From the NCBI GenBank assembly GCA_963730375.1, contig CAVSRJ010000004.1, positions 29,112 through 93,111 of the forward strand: DNA of 64,000 bases, read 5' to 3'. Position numbers and translations under genes: made by a program. The stretch is from an uncultured Candidatus Saccharibacteria bacterium (GTDB lineage: Bacteria; Patescibacteriota; Saccharimonadia; Saccharimonadales; UBA4665). The notes beneath the pieces are model-generated. The model was not told the origin of the DNA and searched no databases. It saw nothing but the letters and a program-made list of their open reading frames with translations. Below are positions 55,046 through 64,000 of the stretch, in pieces. Every line of letters begins with the position of its first letter. The first letter of the stretch is position 1.

Positions 55046-55540
55046 ATGCAAGATGCTGCACATCAGGACCAGACTAATCTTCACCCTGACTCAACAGTTG
55101 GCGCAGGTCTCAATCGGACAGCGGCGAGCGCAACACTACACTGTCTGGCAGGCTGTTCGATAGGAGAAGTGCTGGGTATGCTCATCACGACAGCTTTGAG
55201 CTGGGCTGCATTCAGTAGTGTGCTCGTATCGGTACTATTGGCCTTTGTCTTCGGCTACGCACTCAGTATGCGGCCACTGCTGTCGCATGGCATCGCCTTT
55301 CGAACGGCGCTCGGTGTGGCGCTAATTGCCGACACAGCATCCATTACTACAATGGAAATCGCGGACAACGCCTTTATATTGTTTATACCGGGGGCGATCC
55401 ATGCGGGCCTGAACACCTGGTTGTTCTGGTGGACGTTGGCGGTCTCGCTAGCAGTGGCGTTTGCGGTCGCCTATCCCGTGAATCGATATTTGATTGCCCG
55501 CGGCAGAGGCCATGCTGTCGCGCATCAGTATCATCACTAA
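55046..55540 (+). CDS. DUF4396-like membrane protein
   Basis: TLHCLAGCSIGEVLGM followed by about four TM helices. Its stop overlaps the stop of the convergent gene by 3 nt. Confidence 0.55.
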   Translation: MQDAAHQDQTNLHPDSTVGAGLNRTAASATLHCLAGCSIGEVLGMLITTALSWAAFSSVLVSVLLAFVFGYALSMRPLLSHGIAFRTALGVALIADTASITTMEIADNAFILFIPGAIHAGLNTWLFWWTLAVSLAVAFAVAYPVNRYLIARGRGHAVAHQYHH

Positions 55541-56325
55541 CGCTTCCGAATTTGGTAGGATCGCGAGCGGCTTCGTACGAGTCTGTTCATGCCCAGTATT
55601 GCCACAAACAATACAGCGATAAGAACATAGAACAGCCGACTCGGCGCATGCTGTTTGGTTGCCACGAGTTCTTCGTTGAGCAATCGAAGGCGAAGCGTCG
55701 CGCTGTCGCTGGTCTGCATGCCGGTGTATTCGGCTGATAGACGAGGCTTGTGCCGGGGGTCGAAGTCGAGCAACTGTCGCTGCTGCAGACGCAGAGAGAT
55801 AATCTGGTTCGATGGCGACGTCACCATCGTAATCCCAACATTATTGATACCAGTCACCGTAACGGTTCGTTCGATGGCGGTATCCGGGCCAAATAGCGGG
55901 GTGTAGCGGAATTGATCGCCGACACGGATCGTTACACTATAGCCGAGATTGGTACGCGCTTGCGCGATAGCGTTTAGCAGAAAGTCCATATGATTTCCGG
56001 CCGACGTGCCGCCCGAACCGTTACGGTCGCCGCTGCCATACCCACTGTAGCCTGGGATAATGCTGCTGGGCGATGGTTCGCTGGGAGTTGTGGGCTTGTG
56101 GCCGTCTGGTTTGCTGGGTGGTACTGGAGTAATAATTTGGCCACACGCTTCCGGAGTAATGTATTTGATTGTTCCCAGACCCACGTCGATCACTTGGAAT
56201 ACACAGTCCATTGGCAATATTTGCTGCTTGAATGTCGCCTTTTCTGCGGAGGCTGGTAGTTGCTGAAAACTAACAATCAGGATGGCGAGTGTTATGATTT
56301 GCCGTATCGTCGGGTGTCGTCGCAT
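55537..56325 (-). CDS. secreted protein with C-terminal membrane anchor
   Basis: Signal peptide (IITLAILIVSFQQLPASA), a Pro/Ser/Gly linker, and a C-terminal hydrophobic helix plus basic tail (FYVLIAVLFVAILGMNRLVRSRSRSYQIRKR). Its start overlaps the upstream stop as TAATG. Confidence 0.6.
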   Translation of the reverse strand: MRRHPTIRQIITLAILIVSFQQLPASAEKATFKQQILPMDCVFQVIDVGLGTIKYITPEACGQIITPVPPSKPDGHKPTTPSEPSPSSIIPGYSGYGSGDRNGSGGTSAGNHMDFLLNAIAQARTNLGYSVTIRVGDQFRYTPLFGPDTAIERTVTVTGINNVGITMVTSPSNQIISLRLQQRQLLDFDPRHKPRLSAEYTGMQTSDSATLRLRLLNEELVATKQHAPSRLFYVLIAVLFVAILGMNRLVRSRSRSYQIRKR

Positions 56326-57589
56326 TAGTTCGCCGTAATTGTGATGGTTAAGTTCAGTGTATAGCTACCGGCAACGCGATTTGGTGGGACTTTTTGACTG
56401 AGTCCAACGCCGGTTATATCCCAGTAGCAGTCCACTTGGGCACCCGTGGTGGCGCTTGCGACGGTAATAGCATCCGTCGTTCCCTGGATAAACCCGGCAC
56501 TGAACCAAGTGCGACATTCGTATTTGTGCAGTTTGTTTGTGGTGTCAGTGTGCCGCCGCCAGCGGAGACGGTGAGCTGGCCGTTAGTACAGCCGCTGCCG
56601 GCGGCATCGTTAAAATCATAGCTATGGCCACCACCGTCCGACCACAGCGTCGTCGGACCACTGGTAGCTGCGATGGTGAGTGACCAGGCTGGGTTGTCGG
56701 TGGTATTGTTGACACGAATTTTCTGTGCCGTGACTCCGAGAGTTCCGGTACTTGTCTGGCAGTTAAACGATTTGCTTAGTGTGGTCAGAGCCACGGACGG
56801 GCTAGCAACTGGCGTTCCGCTTCCATTGACAATATCCGCTCCCAGCGACGGACTGGCCGCCAATGAGCGGAAGGCCACAATTTGTCCACGCCAGTTCCCT
56901 GACGAGTTAACCGATGCCGTTGTAGTGTAGCTACCCGCACTGGTGACGATAAGGTGTGCCGCAGCAAATACACCTCGACTAGAGGGTTTGCCGTTGTTCT
57001 GGCCAAAGCCGCCACCGGTAAGTCCCGTGAATGAGTTATTCCAGGTAGTGCCGTTGCCGCCAGAGTCGTTGGCAACCGCTGCAAATAGTAAATCATTCGT
57101 ATGGACGGTGGTTACGGTGCCCGAGCTCTCGGCGTTGCTGTTGCCGGTAGATGCGGTGACGTTGGCACCCTCATATGCCTGATAGCTATGGACGCCACTA
57201 TATTCGTAGATATGTGCTCCTATCGTCAGGCTGGCGCTAAACGTGCAGGTCAGCGCGGTCTCAGTTCCGTTCGAGATCTTATAAAATATTGCCTGACTGA
57301 CGGTACCGGTTTGGTTTAGGGCCGTGGAATAGCCGGATGGCGTAGATATGGTGGCCGATCCGTTGGCAGCGCAGACGGCGATGAGCAGCCGTCCAGATGT
57401 GGCTGTCGCGCCGAGCGTTGCCGTTGTACTTGTGCCTCCTGTTACGGAAGCTGTTTGTTGCTGAACAAGTGCTGGTGCGGCACCAGCTCGCCCCGTCGCC
57501 AAGCTACTAGCTACGAGTCCAACAATGAGGCATGCCAGCAGCCATGATGCACGCTCGGTGCAGCCCCATAAAGTAGATAGTCTACGCAC
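56325..57589 (-). pseudogene. WxL-like surface protein, frameshifted near the C-terminus
   Basis: ORF 56414-57589 has a signal peptide and 'KIRVNNTTDNPAWSLTIAATSGP'. After about 56500, a shifted frame reads SAGFIQGTTDAITVASATTGAQVDCYWDITGVGLSQKVPPNRVAGSYTLNLTITITAN*. This is collinear with the C-terminus of 58801-59445 and ends in a TAATG overlap with the next gene. Confidence 0.6.
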
Positions 57590-57595
57590 AGAATC

Positions 57596-58744
57596 TTACT
57601 CCTTGCCAGAGATTTTGGGCGGTACCTTGAGATCCTGACCAGATTTTACCGTGTAAGGAGGCTTTAGCTTGTTGGCGGTGGCGAGTTTTTTCCATGAAAT
57701 GTCGTACTTTTCGGCGATGTCTTGGATGGTGTCGCCGGTCTTAACCTTGTAGTGTGTCCAGTGTTGCTTGACGTGATGTTTGTGGGTGCGACGGTTAAAA
57801 AGCCAAATTACCCCGGCAACTATCAGTCCAATAAGACCGACTTCTATTAGAAATGCTAATGGCTTTGGTGGTGCAAAGAATAGTCCTGATGACGCGGAGA
57901 TGGTTTTTTGCTGGCCACCTTCTGCTCCGAGGCCAGTCTCTGGGTCGCTGTTGTACACGGCAGAAACACGTGCGTGATACCAGCCGCCCCAAAATGGACG
58001 TTCGAACTCAAAGTTCCAGCTAGCAGTCGTGTCGGCCAGGACCGGAAATGTGCCGTTTGCCTGAGTTGGTCCGTCGCCGACAATTGGGTCGAGTGTCGTG
58101 TTCAGTGTCGTGTCCAACGAGACGTTGCCGGTGTTTTTAAGATTAGGTGTAATGCGGAAATTGCCGTTATCGAGTCGTGTGACATCTACCGATGTAATCG
58201 CGACAGACTTTACAATCTTACCTGGGATGGTCACGGCCACTCGGATGGCCGAGCGAAAGCCCAGCACGACGCCGTTTTGCGATGTCTGATCTGTCTTTTG
58301 TGAGGCGTCTTCTATGGCAATACAGCCGTTATGCTCACCGACATCCACCTTGTCTGGTGCAGTGATGGTGAATGGAATCGTGACATTGTCATTGGCCGGT
58401 ACGGTGACCTGCTCTTTGTCTAGCTGTATCCAGGAGCCGACACTGGTTTTAGTTTCGACCTTCTGTGCGCATGAGAAGTTACCGCCCGATGCTACGACCG
58501 CATCGACTGGGTAGACGCTGATGGTACGTTCTTTGTTCGTGTTGTTAAAGATGGCAACGCCATCCTCGGCGCTTTGCCCCGGCTGTAGCGTGTAAATGAA
58601 GATTGATTGGGTACGGGGGTTGTCGGCGCGTGGGTGTGCTGGCTTGCCACCAATACCGCCGTTCTCTACCGCAAACGCAGTGCTGGTCAACAGAGAAGCT
58701 CCTGTCACTAGCAACGCGACTGCCAATAGGAGTAACTTTTTCAT
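57596..58744 (-). CDS. DUF916-like cell-surface protein with TM helix and C-terminal LysM domain
   Basis: Signal peptide MKKLLLLAVALLVTGASLLTSTAFA. 'SIFIYTLQPGQSAEDGVAIFNNTNKERTISVYPVDAV' resembles the DUF916 pattern. TM helix is FLIEVGLIGLIVAGVIWLF, followed by NRRTHKHH. LysM domain: YKVKTGDTIQDIAEKYDISWKKLATANKLKPPYTVKSGQDLKVP. Confidence 0.65.
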   Translation of the reverse strand: MKKLLLLAVALLVTGASLLTSTAFAVENGGIGGKPAHPRADNPRTQSIFIYTLQPGQSAEDGVAIFNNTNKERTISVYPVDAVVASGGNFSCAQKVETKTSVGSWIQLDKEQVTVPANDNVTIPFTITAPDKVDVGEHNGCIAIEDASQKTDQTSQNGVVLGFRSAIRVAVTIPGKIVKSVAITSVDVTRLDNGNFRITPNLKNTGNVSLDTTLNTTLDPIVGDGPTQANGTFPVLADTTASWNFEFERPFWGGWYHARVSAVYNSDPETGLGAEGGQQKTISASSGLFFAPPKPLAFLIEVGLIGLIVAGVIWLFNRRTHKHHVKQHWTHYKVKTGDTIQDIAEKYDISWKKLATANKLKPPYTVKSGQDLKVPPKISGKE

Positions 58745-58800
58745 AGTGTCTTTACTGTAGCGTAGTCTGTTCGATTACGCCAGTTTGTGTCCAACTAAAG

Positions 58801-59445
58801 TTATAGCGCCGTAACGGTAATGGTCATGCCTAAGCTGTAGGAACCAGATACCTGCAGCGATGGAACTTTTTGAGATAAGTTAACGCCTGTCAGGTATCCC
58901 TTCCAGCCGTTGCCAGTGCTCTCGCTCAAGAGTGTAATGCTGTCGGCGCTACCGTTGCTAAAGGCGGTTGATGAGCCCTTGCTGACGGATGCAGATCCAC
59001 AGCTGCTTGAACAGTCGTCGGTCACGGTGCCGACCGATGGGTCAACCGTCATCTGGCCGTTAGTACAACCCGTACCGGCTGGATCGTCGAACGAATATGT
59101 GTCACTACCGGAAGTCCAACTGGTACCAGGACCACTCGTAGCAGCAATGGCGAGCGTAAAGCCGCTGTTGTTGGCGAGGTTGGTCACATAGACTTTATTG
59201 TTAGAATCACCGAGCGTGCCAGTGGCCGTTTGACAACTAAAGTTTTTGGTCAGGGCACCGAAGTTTACAGCTGGTGCTGCGACCGGTGTGCTGCCGTCAT
59301 TTTGTAAAATGTCTGTGGTCAAGGTGCCGGCGTTGACGGTTTGGTTAAGGGTTGGTGTAGAAGCTGCGAATGTGACGGCAGGAGCCACTAACGCAACCAA
59401 GGCGAATGCAGCTACAACGATTGCGCTGCTGATAATTCTCCTCAT
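58801..59445 (-). CDS. WxL-like surface protein (short paralog)
   Basis: Start at MRRIISS behind GAGGAG, with a signal peptide. It is collinear with the C-terminal half of 56325-57589. Shared blocks are F-CQT-TGTLG, (W/F)-L-IAATSGP, SY-F-D-AG-GCTNGQ-TV and LSQKVP...SGSYSL-MTITVTAL. Confidence 0.65.
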   Translation of the reverse strand: MRRIISSAIVVAAFALVALVAPAVTFAASTPTLNQTVNAGTLTTDILQNDGSTPVAAPAVNFGALTKNFSCQTATGTLGDSNNKVYVTNLANNSGFTLAIAATSGPGTSWTSGSDTYSFDDPAGTGCTNGQMTVDPSVGTVTDDCSSSCGSASVSKGSSTAFSNGSADSITLLSESTGNGWKGYLTGVNLSQKVPSLQVSGSYSLGMTITVTAL

Positions 59446-59559
59446 GGTATCTCCTCTGTTACTTATACGTGACCTCATTGGTCTGAACAGACTGGACCTC
59501 ACGTGCCTCATAGCCTATTGGCACTAGCATACTGCTTATGGTGGAGGGAGTCAATACGC

Positions 59560-60060
59560 TTACGCTAGATTTTTAGCAGGAGATCGCAATTTATATATCG
59601 CCATGGTGAGTTGCGCGCTATGGATGCCGAAAGGATAGTAGCGAACCGCTACATCAATAACTCGTTTGTCCTTGGTGGTATGTCGAGAATTATATCGGGG
59701 CTGTCCTAGAAAGCTACCTTCTTTGTTGGCAATCTCAATAGGTGTTGATTCGTACGTAATTTCCTGCAATTCATGGTTTTCGACGCCGAGATCGCGCATG
59801 CTGAGCTTACGTAAGTCATCCAAATCGTATCCTAGATGCTTTTGCGTAGACTTGCTGGCCGCAACAATTGAGCCAGCGCTGTCAAACACGATGACATAGC
59901 TGTTGGGCTGGCGTCGGAGCAAATCTTCGAAGGCGTGCAGTACATTTATATGGCCGCAGCGTGGGCACTTAACCTCAATGATACCCAGGCCAATACTGCC
60001 ACGGAACAGTAGTTTGCTACACTGCTCACACCGCATGTCGTCGAGGCCAATTGCCATCAT
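59560..60060 (-). CDS. Mu Com-like zinc finger fused to a PAS-like domain
   Basis: MRCEQCSKLLFRGSIGLGIIEVKCPRCGHINVL matches the Com zinc-finger pattern (C-x2-C...IEIKCPRC). The remaining ~115 aa have a PAS-like pattern (IVFDSAGSIVAASKSTQKHLGY...HTTKDKRVIDVAV). Confidence 0.55.
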   Translation of the reverse strand: MMAIGLDDMRCEQCSKLLFRGSIGLGIIEVKCPRCGHINVLHAFEDLLRRQPNSYVIVFDSAGSIVAASKSTQKHLGYDLDDLRKLSMRDLGVENHELQEITYESTPIEIANKEGSFLGQPRYNSRHTTKDKRVIDVAVRYYPFGIHSAQLTMAIYKLRSPAKNLA

Positions 60061-60110
60061 AGTGGCATTAGTATACCACTAGATATACTAAAACTATACA
60101 AAGGATAGCA

Positions 60111-60608
60111 CTAGGTTTTGATACGGAAACGTTTCCAAATCAGGCCGTCGAGAAATAAATGGCTAAAATAGCCGACCACTGCTGCGCCATACATTAATGC
60201 AGCCGGGAGTAGCACCTCGGGCCGGTATAGATACGGGATGATTATCAGCGGTGCCGGTACAAGTAACATGGCGAGTTTGCTGTGCGTCCAGCCGCGGTGC
60301 TTGCCGATGATTGGGGTCATGGCGACGAGACCAAGGTAGGCAGCTGCCTCGATGCGCCCATTGAGAATCAATAGAATATCGGCGATAAAGGCGATGCCAA
60401 AAAAAATGTTCTGACCCTTGCTGTTGGTATCGACATCCGGCCATAGCCCGAACAGAACCGCAATGACGTAGAGCCCAACCAGCATCTGCCAGTCGGTCAG
60501 TAGCCCATGAGTTTGCTGAATTGTTGCATTCGGCGCAGTGTACAATGCTGCAACATAGACGGTGTTGCACACCCCTGCTCCGATTATATGCCCACGCCAA
60601 TTTGCCAT
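60111..60608 (-). CDS. membrane-bound metal-dependent hydrolase (YdjM/DUF457-like)
   Basis: Four to five TM helices. N-terminal WRGH and central GKHRGWTHS motifs are typical of DUF457. Confidence 0.65.
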   Translation of the reverse strand: MANWRGHIIGAGVCNTVYVAALYTAPNATIQQTHGLLTDWQMLVGLYVIAVLFGLWPDVDTNSKGQNIFFGIAFIADILLILNGRIEAAAYLGLVAMTPIIGKHRGWTHSKLAMLLVPAPLIIIPYLYRPEVLLPAALMYGAAVVGYFSHLFLDGLIWKRFRIKT

Positions 60609-60625
60609 GGAACCAGTATACCTGA

Positions 60626-61432
60626 CTATCGTGGTACTCGAGCGCCACGCATCAACAGATTGTCTCGCTCAGCGTTAGCACTCCTAGTTTCATCTTCTGC
60701 CGACGCCTGCTTCTCTAGATTTGTCACGTCAAATTCGAAACCGCGCTCATTAAATGCTTTGCCGAGTCCTAGCATATGGTGCAAATCCGAACGCAACATT
60801 GTTCGAGCCATCCGAAAATCACCCTTGCCGAGCTCGACGGAATCAAAATAGCTCTGGACTGCTTCTGACCCTACAACAAACTTCGCAAGCGCGAATGGGC
60901 GCTCGTGTATCTCGACCTGCTCCACGCCGGAATTGACATCGAGTGGAAGGAGCGTAAACTCAACCCGCGCATCGATTTCTGCTGGGTTAGGATTGCCGCC
61001 AAATCGGATAGTGGGCTCTGTCTGGATAATGCCGCTCAAGCGTCCAGCTTGGCTGGGCACTACCAGCGGTTCGCCGGGCTGCATCCGAGTAAAGCTGCCG
61101 TCAATAGCATCGAACTCCCGCGTGCTTATTTGCTGGCCAGCAAAGGTGTTGCGTAGATTATGAAAGTCCAGTACATAGCCAAGCGGCGTGCGCTGATCCA
61201 CTTCTTCTGCTTCAGCAAATGCCATCAAAGCGACACCGGCCTCCCCGAGGGCAGTTCGCCAGGTTGTACCGCTCCGTTGACGTATTGTGGCAGCCCGAGC
61301 TTCGAGCGCCCGCGCTTGTTGTTCGCTGTGGCGAAGGCCTATGGCGACAGTGTCACCAGCATTGATTGCGTGTTCGACGGACTCCTCCAGTGCATGCGGC
61401 GTTTGTGGCATTGGTTCTTCTAGTTGATGCAT
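60626..61432 (-). CDS. hypothetical protein
   Basis: 268-aa ORF with no recognisable domain. Confidence 0.6.
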   Translation of the reverse strand: MHQLEEPMPQTPHALEESVEHAINAGDTVAIGLRHSEQQARALEARAATIRQRSGTTWRTALGEAGVALMAFAEAEEVDQRTPLGYVLDFHNLRNTFAGQQISTREFDAIDGSFTRMQPGEPLVVPSQAGRLSGIIQTEPTIRFGGNPNPAEIDARVEFTLLPLDVNSGVEQVEIHERPFALAKFVVGSEAVQSYFDSVELGKGDFRMARTMLRSDLHHMLGLGKAFNERGFEFDVTNLEKQASAEDETRSANAERDNLLMRGARVPR

Positions 61433-61523
61433 TAGTTACTCCTGTTCTGAACCATTATACTACAACACGTTTAAAGAATACTACAAGTTCAGGTTCTGTT
61501 TATCACATATCTTTATAACGGCG

Positions 61524-63362
61524 CTACCGGCTACTTTTGGCGTTTGCGTTTGTTGGGGTCGAGCTCTTTTTTGCGCAGGCGGAGTGATTTGGCGTGACCT
61601 CGAGTAGTTCGTCGTTTTCGATGAAGTCTAGGCACTGCTCCAGGCTGAGGATAGTTGGTGGCGTCAGCTGGACGACGCCGTCGCTGGAGCTGCTGCGCAT
61701 GTTGGTCAAGTGCTTGGCCTTACAGACATTAATCTCCATGTCCTCTTGGCGGGTATTGAGGCCGATGATTTGGCCGGCGTAGACTTTTTCGGCGGGGCCG
61801 ATAAAGATGGTGCCGCGGCTTTCGGCGTTTTGTAGTGCATATGGCGTGGTTGTGCCCTGCTCAAACGCGATGAGGACGCCGTTACGAAGCTGTTGCAAGT
61901 TGGCGCCAACCGGCTGATGGCCGATGACCAGGCTGTTCATGACGACGGTTCCCTTCGTCTTGGTCAGCAGGTCATTGCGTAGGCCGATCAGCGCGCGGGT
62001 CGGCAGTTCATAGATGAGCTTTGTGACACTCTTGCTGGCGGAGCTAAATTGCTCCTTGAGCGTTGCGCGGCGCTGGCCGAGCTCCATCTGGACGGTGCCG
62101 ACGTGTTCCTCGGGTACTTCAATAATCAATTCCTCGACAGGCTCCTGGGTTTGACCGTCTTTTTCGATGGTCACGACTTGTGGCCGGCCGACTTCAAACT
62201 CAAAGCCTTCGCGGCGCATTGTTTCGATGAGTACTGACAAGTGCAGTTCACCACGGCCGGATACGCGGAAGCCAATGCCTTCGTCGCTGACGCGCAGACC
62301 GACATTGATTTCCAGCTCCTTCTTCAGGCGCTCGGCTATTTGTCGGCTGGTATTGAACTCACCCTCCAGACCTTTCATGGGGCTGGTATTGGGGCCGAGG
62401 AAGATCTGCAGCGTCGGCGCTTCGACTTCGATAACGGGCAGGGCTTCGGGTTGGTCGGCATCGGCAATGGTTTCGCCAATCTGGGCGTCAGCTATGCCGG
62501 TAAGCTGGACGATGTCGCCTGCGACACCGCCAGGAACTTCAAACTTGCTGACACCACGGCTCATAAATACTAGCTCAACCTTGGTTTTCTTGATGGAGCC
62601 GTCTTTTTGGCATAGTGCGACTTGGTCGCCGGCCTTGATTTGACCACGAGTAATACGTCCAATGGCGTACTTACCCTTGTAGTTGTCCCAGGCTAATGCC
62701 GTGACCAGCATCTGGAATGGTTTGTCCAGTTCGACATTAGGTGCAGGTACTTCGTTTATAATGGCGTCAAATAGTATGTCTAGATTGCCGGAAGCTTCAC
62801 TGTTCCCTGGCGATTCCTTCCAGGCTTTGCCAGCACGACCAATTGCGTAATAGACCGGATAGTGCAGTTGGTCTTCGTGGACGGCCAGTTCCAGGAACAG
62901 ATCAGCTAGTTCGTTTTCGACCTCCTGAATTCGGGCGCCGGGCTTGTCGATTTTGTTAATGATCACAATGGGTTTTAGCTCAGCCTCGAGCGCCTTTTCC
63001 AGTACAAACTTGGTTTGCGGCATGGGGCCTTCTTGGGCGTCGACAATCAGCAGACAGCCATCCGCCATGTTCAGCGTGCGCTCGACTTCGCCGCTAAAAT
63101 CGGCGTGTCCCGGCGTGTCGATAATGTTGATACGGTAGTCGCCGTGCTGCACGGCTGTGACCTTGGCGGTGATGGTAATACCACGTTCGCGCTCCTGGTC
63201 GCCGCTGTCCATGATGAGCTCCTGGCTCATCTCAGCCTGATTGTCGCGAAAGGTATGACTCTGCTTAAGTAGCCCATCAACCAGCGTCGTCTTGCCATGG
63301 TCGACATGGGCAATAATAGCGATGTTCCGGATTTTTGCCGGGTCTTGGGTGAGTTCTGACAT
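61524..63362 (-). CDS. typA: translational GTPase TypA/BipA
   Basis: Start at [29 protein letters not shown]. Carries DTPGHADF and NKID motifs and the BipA-type C-terminal domain. Confidence 0.9.
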   Translation of the reverse strand: MSELTQDPAKIRNIAIIAHVDHGKTTLVDGLLKQSHTFRDNQAEMSQELIMDSGDQERERGITITAKVTAVQHGDYRINIIDTPGHADFSGEVERTLNMADGCLLIVDAQEGPMPQTKFVLEKALEAELKPIVIINKIDKPGARIQEVENELADLFLELAVHEDQLHYPVYYAIGRAGKAWKESPGNSEASGNLDILFDAIINEVPAPNVELDKPFQMLVTALAWDNYKGKYAIGRITRGQIKAGDQVALCQKDGSIKKTKVELVFMSRGVSKFEVPGGVAGDIVQLTGIADAQIGETIADADQPEALPVIEVEAPTLQIFLGPNTSPMKGLEGEFNTSRQIAERLKKELEINVGLRVSDEGIGFRVSGRGELHLSVLIETMRREGFEFEVGRPQVVTIEKDGQTQEPVEELIIEVPEEHVGTVQMELGQRRATLKEQFSSASKSVTKLIYELPTRALIGLRNDLLTKTKGTVVMNSLVIGHQPVGANLQQLRNGVLIAFEQGTTTPYALQNAESRGTIFIGPAEKVYAGQIIGLNTRQEDMEINVCKAKHLTNMRSSSSDGVVQLTPPTILSLEQCLDFIENDELLEVTPNHSACAKKSSTPTNANAKSSR

Positions 63363-63466
63363 ACAAATGCGCCCTTTCGGCGCCATGAGTTACTAATCGT
63401 TTGACTGAATTATAGCACATAACAGAGGTAATGGAAATATACGAAGCATAAGCGTATACTCAGACT

Positions 63467-64000
63467 ATGAAATTTACACCAACACATCGACCCTACTGGT
63501 TTGTCGACATCAAATGGATTGTCGGCATTTTATTTTTTGTGGCACTAAGCGCGTGTGTCACAGCCTATACGGCGGCACGGTTAACCGACCGAAATGACGG
63601 GCCGCGGGTAGTCGCATTTGTCATTGGTACTGTCGCCATCCAGGATACCGGCGATAAGGATATTAAGCAGCAAATACAGCAGCAGCTCGACAGAGGTAAA
63701 ACCTCCTTTCAGCCTGTCGAGGGCTTCCCTGCTGTCGCCATTTCAAAAGCTGACCTCGATCTATCAACTACCGATTTAAAGCAGAAGCTATTCGATGCCA
63801 TCGGTAAAACTATTTATGAAGACGGACTGGACGGAGCGGCGCAAAAATTGTTCAAGAATCCCAAGGAGCGTGATCAATTCGTAGAACAAGCGAGTTTTCT
63901 AAAAATAATTGGCAAAGATACTCATGATAATTTTGTCCGGTTGCAGACGATGCTTACGGTCGTGGTCATTGTGTTGCTGGCTCTGCTCGTATACTTTAGT
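63467..64000 (+). CDS. membrane protein, 3' end beyond window
   Basis: ATG at 63467 opens a frame to the window end (MKFTPTHRPYWFVDIKWIVGILFFVALSACV...), with hydrophobic helices at both ends of the visible part. Not in the ORF track because no stop lies in the window. Confidence 0.5.
   Translation, partial: MKFTPTHRPYWFVDIKWIVGILFFVALSACVTAYTAARLTDRNDGPRVVAFVIGTVAIQDTGDKDIKQQIQQQLDRGKTSFQPVEGFPAVAISKADLDLSTTDLKQKLFDAIGKTIYEDGLDGAAQKLFKNPKERDQFVEQASFLKIIGKDTHDNFVRLQTMLTVVVIVLLALLVYFS

Noticed and set aside
56325-59445. Diversity-generating retroelement (template/variable repeat) between the two WxL-like paralogs
   Set aside because: The shared regions are only roughly two-thirds identical at the nucleotide level, with differences at all bases rather than adenine-specific ones. 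No reverse transcriptase or accessory gene is present in the window.

Overview
Gene-dense 64-kb bacterial window, mostly minus-strand, with a backbone of roughly 43-50% G+C by hand counts. Recognisable housekeeping genes are metK, pyrH, dut, xthA-like exonuclease III, typA/bipA, an FKBP isomerase, a Nudix hydrolase, an SDR, a MacB-type ABC pair, an NRAMP transporter, VKOR, a MarP-like CvpA-protease, a Clp/Hsp100 ATPase and tRNA-Ser(GGA). They are interleaved with an unusually high share of orphan proteins. Tiny intergenic gaps, repeated TAATG/ATGA stop-start overlaps, many single-pass membrane orphans and Gram-positive-type surface proteins fit a reduced-genome monoderm lineage such as Saccharibacteria/Patescibacteria. 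That placement is an inference and cannot be verified here. I saw no rRNA, CRISPR array, transposase, integrase or reverse transcriptase. Main observations: (1) An 8.8-kb, five-gene, translationally coupled operon (34164-42965) encodes orphan single-pass membrane proteins, a coiled-coil protein and a two-headed peptidoglycan hydrolase; this is my best candidate for an undescribed envelope-spanning system. (2) Two clearly G+C-rich islands (about 29.8-33.3 kb and 43.3-45.7 kb) encode only membrane proteins. The first is bracketed by a perfect 15-bp inverted repeat, and its two transcription units share a homologous leader hairpin. (3) A complete type I R-M operon (hsdR, hsdS, DUF4145, hsdM) is riddled with frameshifts, and at least seven further genes are disrupted while neighbouring 600-1000-codon genes are intact. 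(4) Recombined AbrB/MazE-like cassettes sit behind perfect 24-26-bp palindromic operators. (5) A Clp-family double-AAA+ ATPase is membrane-anchored and coupled to a small membrane protein. (6) A WxL-like/DUF916-like surface-protein cluster includes a LysM domain on the predicted cytoplasmic side. (7) The metK leader carries a hairpin plus U7 immediately before the annotated start codon. (8) tRNA-derived fragments and short hairpin repeats lie next to tRNA-Ser.
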